Part shown: positions 20,483 to 29,972 of the stretch, piece by piece
Layout of the letters: each line of letters begins with the position of its first letter
Numbering within the stretch: the first letter of the stretch is position 1
From: an uncultured Pelagibacteraceae bacterium
Lineage (GTDB): Bacteria; Pseudomonadota; Alphaproteobacteria; Pelagibacterales; AG-422-B15
NCBI GenBank assembly: GCA_902544065.1
Contig: CACCAS010000002.1
Span: forward strand, 132,669-196,668
Direction: 5' to 3'
Length of the DNA stretch: 64,000 nt
The notes under the pieces: model-generated
Databases searched by the model: none
The model's input: the letters and a program-made list of their open reading frames with translations, nothing else
What the model was told of the DNA's origin: nothing
Program-made: the position numbers and the translations under genes

Positions 20483-22201
20483 ATGATCAGTCATTTAAAA
20501 GTAATTTTATTAAGTTTATTTTTCCTTATCTCATGTAGTGATCAAAATCAGTCTAATGAGACATTAGATTCTAATCAAGGCTTGTCTCAGCAACATAAAT
20601 ATGAGTTTAGAAAAGAATTAATTGAGGTTACAGAGGATATTTATGTTGGTGTAGGCTATGGAATTGCAAACTCTATTATGATTGAGACAGCAAATAACCT
20701 AGTTATTGTTGATACTTTAGGTTCTACGGAAAGTGCCGAAGTACTATACAAAGATTTCAGAAAAATTTCAGAAAAACCTATTATTGCCATTGTTTATACC
20801 CATAACCATCTAGATCATTTAGGTGGCGCAACAGTATTCTTTGAAGACAGCAAAACAGAGATCTACGCTCAGGAGAATATCATTTATAATCTTGATAATA
20901 TAGCAACTACTATAAGACCAATTATATTAGAGAGAACAAATAGACAGTTTGGTATCCCATTGCCTGATGAAGAGATCGTACATCAGGGCATAGGAGGATT
21001 CATGGAAATCAATAGTGATTCAACATTTGGTTTAGTAAGGCCAACGAAACTTTTTAAAGATGAATTAACATTTGAAGTTGATGGCTTAACGTTTATTTTA
21101 GCTCATGTACCCGGCGAAACAGACGATCATCTTTATGTCTGGTTGCCTGACAAAAAGACGGTAATGGTAGGAGATAATTTTTATAGATCGTTTGCAAACC
21201 TTTATGCAATAAGAGGAACAAAATTTAGAAACCCAATGGAATGGGTTCAAAGTCTCGACAAAATTAGGATGCTAAATGCTGAATATTTAATACCAAGTCA
21301 TTCTCGCCCAATTTCTGGAACTGACAATGTTTCACGAGCTTTAACTGATTATAGAGACGGCATACAATTTGTGCATGACCAAACAATAAGATATATTAAC
21401 AAAGGCCTTACACCAGATGAGATAGTAGAAATAGTAAGACTGCCTGAACATTTAGCTAATTCGCCATATTTACAAGAATTCTATGGATCGATTTCATCAT
21501 ATATAAGATCAACATTCAGTGGTTACATAGGATGGTTCAGTGGAAATATTAGTGATCTTCATCCCCTGACAAAAGAACAAAGAGCAATCAAGCTATCTGA
21601 GATGGCACAAAAGCAAACTAAAATTCTCGATGAGGCATTAAATGCTTTTTCTTTGGGTGAGTATCAATGGTCTATGGAACTTGCAGATATGTTATTAGCA
21701 ATAAATAAAGACGATAAAAAAGCGAAAGAAATAAAGTCAAGCGCTGCTGATAAACTATCTAATTATCAATCAGCTTCAAATGATTATTATTTTTATAAAA
21801 CAGTTGCAGCTGAATTAAGAGATGAATTTATAATTAGTGCAGAAAATAATAAAGTAACTCCAGACCAACTGAGAGCAACGCCGATGAAAGCAATTATGAA
21901 GTCACTTCCTGTAAATTTAAATTCTGAGAAAGCTATTGATACAATTCAAACAGTTTCCTTTTCATTTTCTGATAGTAAAGAAATTTTTACAATCAAGATT
22001 AGAAAAGGAGTAGCTGAATTAAGTTTTTTACCCGCCGAGAAGAATGATTTAAAAATAAATAGTGATCAACAAACCCTTAAGGAGACCCTAGCAGGATTAA
22101 GAAATATTGCTTCAATTTCCCTATCCCTTGCAAATGACACTATTCAGGTTGAGGGTGGCAATATTGAATTCTTGAAGTTCCTTGGATTATTTACCGATTA
22201 G
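20483..22201 (+). CDS. Alkyl/aryl sulfatase (SdsA1-like metallo-beta-lactamase fold), predicted lipoprotein
   Basis: Lipobox LISC, THNHLDH, PGETDD, NLYAIRG, C-terminal SCP2-like domain. Confidence 0.85.
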   Translation: MISHLKVILLSLFFLISCSDQNQSNETLDSNQGLSQQHKYEFRKELIEVTEDIYVGVGYGIANSIMIETANNLVIVDTLGSTESAEVLYKDFRKISEKPIIAIVYTHNHLDHLGGATVFFEDSKTEIYAQENIIYNLDNIATTIRPIILERTNRQFGIPLPDEEIVHQGIGGFMEINSDSTFGLVRPTKLFKDELTFEVDGLTFILAHVPGETDDHLYVWLPDKKTVMVGDNFYRSFANLYAIRGTKFRNPMEWVQSLDKIRMLNAEYLIPSHSRPISGTDNVSRALTDYRDGIQFVHDQTIRYINKGLTPDEIVEIVRLPEHLANSPYLQEFYGSISSYIRSTFSGYIGWFSGNISDLHPLTKEQRAIKLSEMAQKQTKILDEALNAFSLGEYQWSMELADMLLAINKDDKKAKEIKSSAADKLSNYQSASNDYYFYKTVAAELRDEFIISAENNKVTPDQLRATPMKAIMKSLPVNLNSEKAIDTIQTVSFSFSDSKEIFTIKIRKGVAELSFLPAEKNDLKINSDQQTLKETLAGLRNIASISLSLANDTIQVEGGNIEFLKFLGLFTD

Positions 22202-22210
22202 TATTTTATA

Positions 22211-22657
22211 ATGGGTCAGAAGCAATCATATATACTTGGCTTACTTGGTCTTACACCATTTATAATAATTTTCTTGATGTATTTTATCTCTCCTCCAAAT
22301 GATGAAATATATGATTTAATCATATTTATTTATATTGCTTATGCTGCAATCATTTCTTCTTTTCTGGGAGGTATACAGTGGGGACTAATAACAGCCTTTG
22401 CGGACAAAATTTATTATGTTTTCACTCCACTTTTAATAACAGTAATTCCAGCGCTAATCTCTTGGGCTGCATTATTGTCTCTAGAAAATTTAAAACTTTC
22501 CCTGGTACTATTACTTATCGGCTATGTTATTTCCTTATTACATGATTACTATCTTTATCAGCAGCTGAAGATTACTCCACTCTGGTTCATTAAAATGAAA
22601 GTAATACTTTCATTAACAGTATTAATGCTGACAATTACACTAATAATTTTTGTATAA
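22211..22657 (+). CDS. DUF3429-like membrane protein
   Basis: GLLGLTPF, YAAIISSFLGGIQWG. Confidence 0.75.
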   Translation: MGQKQSYILGLLGLTPFIIIFLMYFISPPNDEIYDLIIFIYIAYAAIISSFLGGIQWGLITAFADKIYYVFTPLLITVIPALISWAALLSLENLKLSLVLLLIGYVISLLHDYYLYQQLKITPLWFIKMKVILSLTVLMLTITLIIFV

Positions 22658-22658
22658 C

Positions 22659-23882
22659 TTAGACTATTAGTCTTTGAATAAAAAAGTATAAGCCAAAACA
22701 AATCAATAATGCAAATGAAGTATCTTTAAATAAACCAATAATGAAATTCAGGCGAATAAAATTAACCAATTGAAAGATTAATAATACTGCTAATACGAAC
22801 AATATTTGACCAAACTCAACTCCTAAATTAAATCCTAATAAACCTGATAATATATTGCCTGAGTTTATTTCTGTATTTAATAAAAACCCTCCAAAGCCAA
22901 AGCCATGAATGAGCCCAAATACTATAGTTATTAATATTAATAGATTATCACTATTATTTAAATTTTCTTTTAGAAAAAAATATCCTATAGAAAATAGTAA
23001 TAAGCCCATCATGAGAAATCCAGAAAACTGGATATTTATAATAAAGCTTAACATAAATAATAGGGGTAAAAGTAAAATTAGATAGCCGATACTTAATAAC
23101 TTTCCATTATTGTGTTTATAGAAATATTCCAAACCTACAAACATAATAGTAAAGCCAATAAGTGACTCTACTATACTTGCGTTAACTTGAACAATTTCAA
23201 CTAAAGATAAGAATAAGGTAAGACTGTGTCCTAAGGTAAAGCCTGTAATGACTAAGATAAGCCTATTTAAATTTGTTACTATAATGAGAAGTCCTAGGAT
23301 AAAGAGGAGATGATCATACCCTCCTAAGATATGACTAAGTCCAGAGTAAAAAAAATTTTTAAAACTGCCAAAAAAACTTAATTGAGTTTCCTTTTTAGAA
23401 ATATCAACTGATTGATCATTAAAAAAGAGTGTTTTTTCTCTGAATAACTTATTATCTTCATATATTCGTGCTATATGAATATGACTCTGGATGACATTAA
23501 ATAAAGCATTATTAATAATCTTAATATTTTCTTCTGAAGGACAATGGAATGCTAGTTCATACCTTAAATACCCTTCATCTGAACTTAACTCGTTAATATC
23601 ATTGCTAGAATGACATTTTATATCAGCTGAATAAACATGAATGTGATCATTTAAATAAATTTTAAATATTTCTTTTTCATTAAGCTTATTGCTAATTAGC
23701 ATTTTTTCATATTTTTTAAGCTGAAGTATTCTAGTTGCTTCCAATTCTAGTATGGAGAAATTTGAAATAATATCTGATCCCATAATATTCCACTTAGAAA
23801 AGGACTCACTAAAATAATGGGCATATGATTGTGAATTAAATAAAAGAAATATTAAAACTATTGGTAATTTAAAAATTTGCAT
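22659..23882 (-). CDS. HupE/UreJ-family membrane protein with periplasmic N-terminal domain
   Basis: Signal peptide ending YAH, HILGGYDHLLF, GFTLGHSLTL, FGLIHGFGF, GFNLGVEFGQ. Confidence 0.85.
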   Translation of the reverse strand: MQIFKLPIVLIFLLFNSQSYAHYFSESFSKWNIMGSDIISNFSILELEATRILQLKKYEKMLISNKLNEKEIFKIYLNDHIHVYSADIKCHSSNDINELSSDEGYLRYELAFHCPSEENIKIINNALFNVIQSHIHIARIYEDNKLFREKTLFFNDQSVDISKKETQLSFFGSFKNFFYSGLSHILGGYDHLLFILGLLIIVTNLNRLILVITGFTLGHSLTLFLSLVEIVQVNASIVESLIGFTIMFVGLEYFYKHNNGKLLSIGYLILLLPLLFMLSFIINIQFSGFLMMGLLLFSIGYFFLKENLNNSDNLLILITIVFGLIHGFGFGGFLLNTEINSGNILSGLLGFNLGVEFGQILFVLAVLLIFQLVNFIRLNFIIGLFKDTSFALLICFGLYFFIQRLIV

Positions 23883-23887
23883 GAGAT

Positions 23888-24790
23888 TTAAAAGGAATAT
23901 CGAATAATTTCAGAATTATCTTTTAAATATTTTAGATAGTTTTTTAATTTTTCATCATCTAAACTATTATTATAATCAAAAATAATCATCTCTCTAATTT
24001 CATTATAATAGTTTTCATCAACTTCTTGTTTAATTAGATCTACAAGCTTAAAGATAAAATATCCATTATCAAAAAATATTGGTTGAGATACTTCATTAAG
24101 ATTTAGAGAAGCAATTTGATTGCATATAGACTTACCAAAAAGAAGATTACAATCTTTAATATTAATTAACTTACCGGGAACCTCAAAAAAATTATTTTCA
24201 TCATAACTAGATTTAATATCTAAGAAATCTTTTGTATTAAGCTCATCATACAATTTTGACAATTTTGGCTGAAGTGTCTTCAAGTCTGACTCTGTGCCGA
24301 GTAGAACAGACTCTTGATTAAGAGAGTTTATATATATTGATTGAAATTGAATTTTTTGTGTTGGGGTATATTTTCCAATATTTTTATCGTAAAAATCTTT
24401 TAGATCTTCTTCGCTAATCTGATTTTTTTCGACTTGAATGATGAAGTCAATCACCTGTTTTATCATTTCTTTTCTGACGCCAATATCCTTCTTATGCAGA
24501 TCAAGTTCTATTCCTCTTTGCACAAGAAGTTCTTCTTCTATCATTCTTTCTAATAGTAACTCTAAGATTTCAACATCATCTTCTGGTTGAATGTCTGCTC
24601 CTAGGTTTGAGGCATATTTCAAAAATTGATCTTCAGAAATAACAACATCATTTACCAAAGCGACAGCCTTTTTATTTTTAAGCTGAAGAAATTCATTATT
24701 GAATGAAATAGTCTCATAAAAAATAAGAAATAAGCCAATGATTATGGCAATTATAAATATGAGAATATTTTTATTCAAGAACTTGGTCAT
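23888..24790 (-). CDS. SurA-N/parvulin-like periplasmic chaperone (peptidylprolyl isomerase-like)
   Basis: N-terminal anchor, VALVND..I, LERMIEEELLVQRG.EL.L, VSQPI...GYFI. Confidence 0.7.
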   Translation of the reverse strand: MTKFLNKNILIFIIAIIIGLFLIFYETISFNNEFLQLKNKKAVALVNDVVISEDQFLKYASNLGADIQPEDDVEILELLLERMIEEELLVQRGIELDLHKKDIGVRKEMIKQVIDFIIQVEKNQISEEDLKDFYDKNIGKYTPTQKIQFQSIYINSLNQESVLLGTESDLKTLQPKLSKLYDELNTKDFLDIKSSYDENNFFEVPGKLINIKDCNLLFGKSICNQIASLNLNEVSQPIFFDNGYFIFKLVDLIKQEVDENYYNEIREMIIFDYNNSLDDEKLKNYLKYLKDNSEIIRYSF

Positions 24791-24842
24791 TGCATGTAAT
24801 ATTATACTTAATTATAATTAATTATTATCAAATAATTTTCTT

Positions 24843-27248
24843 ATGAGTATTGTAAAAGTTATAAAATATTTTTTCATTCTTTCAATCCTCTTTATAATTA
24901 GTTTACTTGTAGTTTTAGAATTCCATTTATTTAGTGAAGACTTAGATGGAGGTAAAATCACTGGCACAATTAATACCGTCGAGTTTGTAAAAGATAAACA
25001 GACGAGGCAATTAAATGCAATGGAAACTCTTAACGAGTTACCAACTAAACAAATTTTGTTTGGTGATCTACATGTTCATTCAACATTTTCAGCCGATGCA
25101 CACATGATGAGTTTGCCAATCACTGGTGGGCTAGGAGTGCATCCTGTTGCGGATGCTTGTGACTTTGCAAGACATTGTTCAGCATTAGATTTTTGGTCAA
25201 TCAATGATCATGCTGAAGCAACTACGCCAAAAAGATGGATGGAAACAAAAGAAACGATCAGGAAGTGTAACGCTTTAAATGTTGATCCAACTAATCCAGA
25301 TTGTGTTGCTTTTTTGGGATGGGAGTGGACACAAGTAGGGGTTATAAGAGGAAATCATTGGGGCCATCATAATGTCATTTTGAAAGAAGAGTCTGATGAA
25401 GCGGTTCCAACTAGAGCTATTGCATCATTATCTGTAACTCGACAAGCAATGACTTCTAGACCCTTAGTACCAAATGTATTTTTCCCATTTGTGGATTTTG
25501 AAAACTTCAAAAGATATAATGACATAAATCGATACTTCACAGAAACTGGAAAAATCAAAAATTGTGAGCGGGGTGTACTTTCTAAAGATCTACCAATGAA
25601 CTGTCATGAAGAAGCAGTAACTCCATTAGATTTAGTAAATAGGCTTGAGGAATATGATAGTGATTACATGGTTATACCGCACGGGCAGTCTTGGGGACTT
25701 TACACTCCTGCTGGATATACTCTAGATAGGGGCTTAGAGATTTCAAAAAAATACCCAAAAATGTTTGAATTATTAGAAACTTATTCAGGGCACGGTAACG
25801 CTGAGGAGTACCGCTCGTGGAGAGGAGTCAATGTTGTAAGAGACGGTCAGGAAATAATTAGACCATTTACGTTTCCGATGGGTGAAATTGACTTAGAACA
25901 GGGAACATTTACGCTCAAAAATCAAAATGGACAGGATGAGGTCATTGATATCGGAACTCAAACTTGCCCAGAACCATCTCATAACTACATTCCACAATGT
26001 TGGCAAGCAGGTAAAGTAATCTATGAGAGATGTATGGCTGATGGGGAGTCAGATTTAGAATGCAGCGAAAGACGAGAAGCGACAGAACAAGCATCAGTAG
26101 ATAGAGGTAGATCGGGGTACAACGTAGTTCCTAAGTTTACAGAATTTGATCGAAATATATCTGGTCAGTGTTTAGATTGCTTTAGTCCTCCAATGAATCA
26201 TGTGCCGGGGGGTAGTGCTCAGTATGGATTAGCGTTGACAAAAATTAAAGAAGATGGGTCAAAACATAGATTTAGATACGGGTTCATAGGTTCCAGTGAT
26301 AATCATTCTGCTGCACCTGGGAGTGGATATAAAGAACTATTTGGTAACAACATAGATGGAAACGGACCTCCAAGCGAATTCTTAGATAAGGTATTACATA
26401 TGAATCCATATTATTTTCCTAAAAGTACAAGTCCGATTGGTCGAAATTCTGATCCAATTGGTGACTCCTTTGTTTCGCCTTCGAAGCCGCAAGTTTATGA
26501 TATTCCTGATCTAATCGTTGGCTTTAATACTATTGAGTGGGAAAGGCAAAGAGGTTTCTTTACGACTGGTGGACTAGCAGCAGTTCACTCAGAGGGACGA
26601 TCTAAAGAGCAAATCTGGAATGCGTTAAAAAGGAAAGAAACTTATGCAACAAGTGGTACACGCATGTTGCTCTGGTTTAATTTAATTAGTGAAAATGAAA
26701 AAATCTCTATGGGTTCCTCAATTGAAACAGATACTAAACCTGAATTTGAAGTTAAAGCTATGGGCTCATTTGTTCAGAAACCAGGGTGTCCGGAGGATGC
26801 ATATATTGCTTTGGGAGAAGAAAGAGTAGACGAGCTGTGTTTTAATGAATGTTATAATCCTTCAGATGACAGAAAATTTATTCATAGAATTGAAGTAATT
26901 AAAGTGTTACCGCAAGAGTATGTAGATCAACCTATTGAAGGACGAATTCAAGATCCTTGGTATACCCATTACTGTGATCCAAATGAATTAGGTTGTTCTT
27001 TTAAATTTACTGATGAGAATTTTTCAGTAGATCAAAAAGATGTGAGTTATTATGTGAGAGCCATAGAAGTTCCTACTCCACAAATTAATGTTAAAGGTGG
27101 TGTTTGTGAATTTGATGCAGATGGTAATTGCGTAAAGTTTAAGCTTTGCACTCAAGACTGGAGGCATCCAAGAGACATCGAGACTTGTTCTGAAATAGAT
27201 GAACATCGCGCTTGGTCATCGCCGATTTATTTGGATTATTTATCCTAA
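24843..27248 (+). CDS. DUF3604-family (PHP-like) metal-dependent hydrolase, membrane-anchored, Cys-rich
   Basis: FGDLHVHS, DFWSINDHAE, GWEWT, HHNVI, IPHG, GFIGSSDNH, ETYATSG, YYVRAIE, RAWSSPI. Confidence 0.82.
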   Translation: MSIVKVIKYFFILSILFIISLLVVLEFHLFSEDLDGGKITGTINTVEFVKDKQTRQLNAMETLNELPTKQILFGDLHVHSTFSADAHMMSLPITGGLGVHPVADACDFARHCSALDFWSINDHAEATTPKRWMETKETIRKCNALNVDPTNPDCVAFLGWEWTQVGVIRGNHWGHHNVILKEESDEAVPTRAIASLSVTRQAMTSRPLVPNVFFPFVDFENFKRYNDINRYFTETGKIKNCERGVLSKDLPMNCHEEAVTPLDLVNRLEEYDSDYMVIPHGQSWGLYTPAGYTLDRGLEISKKYPKMFELLETYSGHGNAEEYRSWRGVNVVRDGQEIIRPFTFPMGEIDLEQGTFTLKNQNGQDEVIDIGTQTCPEPSHNYIPQCWQAGKVIYERCMADGESDLECSERREATEQASVDRGRSGYNVVPKFTEFDRNISGQCLDCFSPPMNHVPGGSAQYGLALTKIKEDGSKHRFRYGFIGSSDNHSAAPGSGYKELFGNNIDGNGPPSEFLDKVLHMNPYYFPKSTSPIGRNSDPIGDSFVSPSKPQVYDIPDLIVGFNTIEWERQRGFFTTGGLAAVHSEGRSKEQIWNALKRKETYATSGTRMLLWFNLISENEKISMGSSIETDTKPEFEVKAMGSFVQKPGCPEDAYIALGEERVDELCFNECYNPSDDRKFIHRIEVIKVLPQEYVDQPIEGRIQDPWYTHYCDPNELGCSFKFTDENFSVDQKDVSYYVRAIEVPTPQINVKGGVCEFDADGNCVKFKLCTQDWRHPRDIETCSEIDEHRAWSSPIYLDYLS

Positions 27249-27259
27249 AGTTTTTATAA

Positions 27260-27424
27260 ATGAAATATCTGGTCCCAACCCTTGTATCTTTAGTAGTAGG
27301 CAGTCTTTTTAGTTGGGCTTATTTAACAGCTTATGGATTCGGCTTCTCCTATATTATCTACCTTAGCATGATGATTGCGATGGTCTTCCTGGCCATAGAT
27401 GCTTGGAGAAATATTAATAAATAA
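27260..27424 (+). CDS. Small membrane protein, 54 aa, two hydrophobic helices
   Basis: Below ORF-track cutoff: MKYLVPTLVSLVVGSLFSWAYLTAYGFGFSYIIYLSMMIAMVFLAIDAWRNINK*; starts 11 nt after the DUF3604 stop. Confidence 0.6.
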   Translation: MKYLVPTLVSLVVGSLFSWAYLTAYGFGFSYIIYLSMMIAMVFLAIDAWRNINK

Positions 27425-27558
27425 TATAATTAAAACAATTACTTAGATATTTAGTTTAAAGATCTTCACACTTTGTCAATTTGGCAAGCATCAGTAATTG
27501 TGAAAGCCTCTAATTGATAAAAAATGTCCTTATAAAATTAAATATAGGGAGAAAATAC

Positions 27559-28827
27559 ATGTTAAAAAAAGTACTACTTTATACAGTATTGTTTTCATCA
27601 CTATTATCTGCCAATGCATTTGCAGCTGTCGATGACGAAACAGCTTATGCATTGAACACATTATTATTTCTTATAAGCGGATTCTTGGTGATGTGGATGG
27701 CTGCTGGATTCTGTATGTTAGAATCTGGTCTGGTTACATCTAAAAGTGTTTCGACAATTGCTGCAAAAAATATAGGTTTGTATTCTATAGCTGGAATCAT
27801 GTTCTGGTTGGTAGGTTATAACCTTGCATACGGTATTCCAGAAGGTGGATATATTGGATCATTTACTTCATGGAGCGATGGTTCAGCCGTAGCGACTGGT
27901 TACTCAGACGGTTCGGATTGGTTTTTTCAAATGGTCTTTTGTGCAACAACTGCATCAATTGTTTCAGGAACTTTGGCTGAAAGAATAAAAATTTGGCCTT
28001 TCTTTTTGTTCGTAGCAATTCTTACAGGATTTATTTATCCAATCGAAATGGGTTGGCAGTGGGGTGGCGGATGGCTATCTTCAGCTGGCTTCTCAGATTT
28101 TGCTGGTTCAACGCTTGTTCATGCAGCAGGTGGTGCAGCAGCATTAGCCGGTGCAATTGTTCTAGGTCCAAGACTTGGAAGATTCGACAACGGAAAGTTA
28201 GTTCCGTTTGCAAATTCTTCAATACCACTAGCAACACTTGGTGTATTCATCTTGTGGTTGGGTTGGTTCGGTTTTAACGGTGGTTCACAGTTAGCTTTAG
28301 GCTCTTTTGATGATGCAACCGCTGTCGCAACAATTTACATCAATACAAATCTAGCTGCTTGTTCTGGTGTATTAGTTTGTGCTGCAATAACAAGACTGGC
28401 TAGAGGCAAAACAGACGTCGTAATGATGTTAAATGGTGCTTTAGGTGGTTTGGTCGCAATTACAGCTGAACCATTAATGCCAACTCCATTGATGGCAATA
28501 ATCATCGGTGGTATCGGCGGAGCACTAGTGTTCGCAGGAACCGAACTCTTAGTGTCATTAAAAATTGATGACGTTGTGGGAGCTATACCAGTACACTTAA
28601 TTGCAGGTGTATGGGGTACTCTTGCTGTACCAATTACAAATCCTGATACTAGCTTTGGAACTCAACTCCTAGGCACAGCATCAATTTGTGTGTTTGTTTT
28701 CGTGGTGTCTATAATTATTTGGGCAGTTATGAAAGCCACAATAGGTATAAGAATAAGTGAAGAAGCAGAAAAAGAAGGAACAGACGTAGCTGAGACAGGT
28801 GTTATAGCCTACTCAATTAGAGACTAA
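27559..28827 (+). CDS. amtB: Ammonium transporter
   Basis: WFFQMVF, GTLAER, DFAGSTLVH, LWLGWFGFNGGS, IDDVVGAIPVH; ATG 27559 with AGGGAG SD preferred over TTG 27514. Confidence 0.96.
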   Translation: MLKKVLLYTVLFSSLLSANAFAAVDDETAYALNTLLFLISGFLVMWMAAGFCMLESGLVTSKSVSTIAAKNIGLYSIAGIMFWLVGYNLAYGIPEGGYIGSFTSWSDGSAVATGYSDGSDWFFQMVFCATTASIVSGTLAERIKIWPFFLFVAILTGFIYPIEMGWQWGGGWLSSAGFSDFAGSTLVHAAGGAAALAGAIVLGPRLGRFDNGKLVPFANSSIPLATLGVFILWLGWFGFNGGSQLALGSFDDATAVATIYINTNLAACSGVLVCAAITRLARGKTDVVMMLNGALGGLVAITAEPLMPTPLMAIIIGGIGGALVFAGTELLVSLKIDDVVGAIPVHLIAGVWGTLAVPITNPDTSFGTQLLGTASICVFVFVVSIIIWAVMKATIGIRISEEAEKEGTDVAETGVIAYSIRD

Positions 28828-28842
28828 GTTTAGTTCTTAATT

Positions 28843-28897
28843 TAAAAACGGGTCCGAGGGTTTCCCCTAGATATTCCTTCCATCGGATCCGTTTTTA
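28843..28897 (+). terminator. Long hairpin after amtB (terminator-like, with unusually large C-rich loop; possible 3' sRNA)
   Basis: TAAAAACGGGTCCGA ... TCGGATCCGTTTTTA, 15-bp stem with one G-U pair, ending in a U-tract. Confidence 0.7.
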
Positions 28898-28948
28898 TTC
28901 AATTTTAAATTTGAATTAAGTTTTTTTTGGTAATACATTGCATCAGTC

Positions 28949-29893
28949 ATGACCGAACAAAACAATCCTTTTCACAAAAAAAAATCTGGAGTCTTCTTCT
29001 TCAAATCATCTAATCCTTATGAATTTTATGATTTGTTGAACGGTGTTGATACGGAACCCAAACAAGACGTATGGGGAACTTTGATTTTTCCTGAAAATGC
29101 TAAATTGCCATGCCCAGTAATTGTTCCAATTCATGGAAGTGCAGGACTGAGAGAAGGTCATCACACACACATGGTTAATTTATTAGATGCAGGCTTTGCT
29201 GTTTTCAGAATTCATCATTTTGAATCTAGGGGAGTAATTTCTATAGTAGAAAATCAAACACAAGTTACTCTGGCTACCATGATAACAGATGCATTTCGTG
29301 CACTTGCACTTTTAAATAAACACCCAGATATTGATAAAAATAAAATTGGCATCATGGGATGGAGTTTAGGTGGTAGCACTGCTCTTTATTCAGCGTGGCA
29401 GCCAATAATAGATACATTAACCTTAGAGGATGAAAAATTTTCTGCTTATTTACCATTATATCCTGGAGCATTACTTAAACCTGAAGATAATCGTTGGTCT
29501 AATGCTCCAATGCATATTCTATTTGGTGAGGACGATGATTATACGCCCCTAAGTTTATGTAAAAAACTAATTGATTATATGAAACCTGCCCGTGATGTTG
29601 AGTTAACAGTTTATCCCAACGCTCATCATTCCTTTGATTCAATTGATCCCGTTGAATTCATTCCATACGCCATCAAGTTAAAAGATATGTTTATTGATTT
29701 AAAGAAAGACGGACGTCAGGTTTATACTGATGAAAACAACAACACTTTTTACCTGGATAATAAAGAAGAACGGTTCCGCTTGATTAAAGAAACACCCAAT
29801 CTCTTAGGCGCTCATGCTGGAGGAAACTGGACGGCACGTAAACAATCACATCACGATGTGGTCGATTTTTTTAGGAAGCAATTTTTTTCATAA
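28949..29893 (+). CDS. Dienelactone-hydrolase-like alpha/beta hydrolase
   Basis: HGSAG, nucleophile GWSLGG, GEDDDYTP, YPNAHHSFD. Confidence 0.8.
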   Translation: MTEQNNPFHKKKSGVFFFKSSNPYEFYDLLNGVDTEPKQDVWGTLIFPENAKLPCPVIVPIHGSAGLREGHHTHMVNLLDAGFAVFRIHHFESRGVISIVENQTQVTLATMITDAFRALALLNKHPDIDKNKIGIMGWSLGGSTALYSAWQPIIDTLTLEDEKFSAYLPLYPGALLKPEDNRWSNAPMHILFGEDDDYTPLSLCKKLIDYMKPARDVELTVYPNAHHSFDSIDPVEFIPYAIKLKDMFIDLKKDGRQVYTDENNNTFYLDNKEERFRLIKETPNLLGAHAGGNWTARKQSHHDVVDFFRKQFFS

Positions 29894-29909
29894 ATCTTTT
29901 TAAGTAGTG

Positions 29910-29955
29910 TTGACTCTTATATTGAGTAATGCAATAATAAGAACAAAACAAGAAC
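29910..29955 (+). promoter_or_regulatory. sigma70 promoter and alphaproteobacterial LexA (SOS) box of umuDC
   Basis: TTGACT(29910)-N17-AATAAT(29933), followed by GAAC-AAAACAA-GAAC (29941-29955), an exact GAAC-N7-GAAC. Confidence 0.85.
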
Positions 29956-29972
29956 ATAATTAGACGTATTTC

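Noticed and set aside
27481-27497. TTGGCA upstream of amtB as a sigma54 promoter
   Set aside because: No TTGC/GC at the required -12 spacing.
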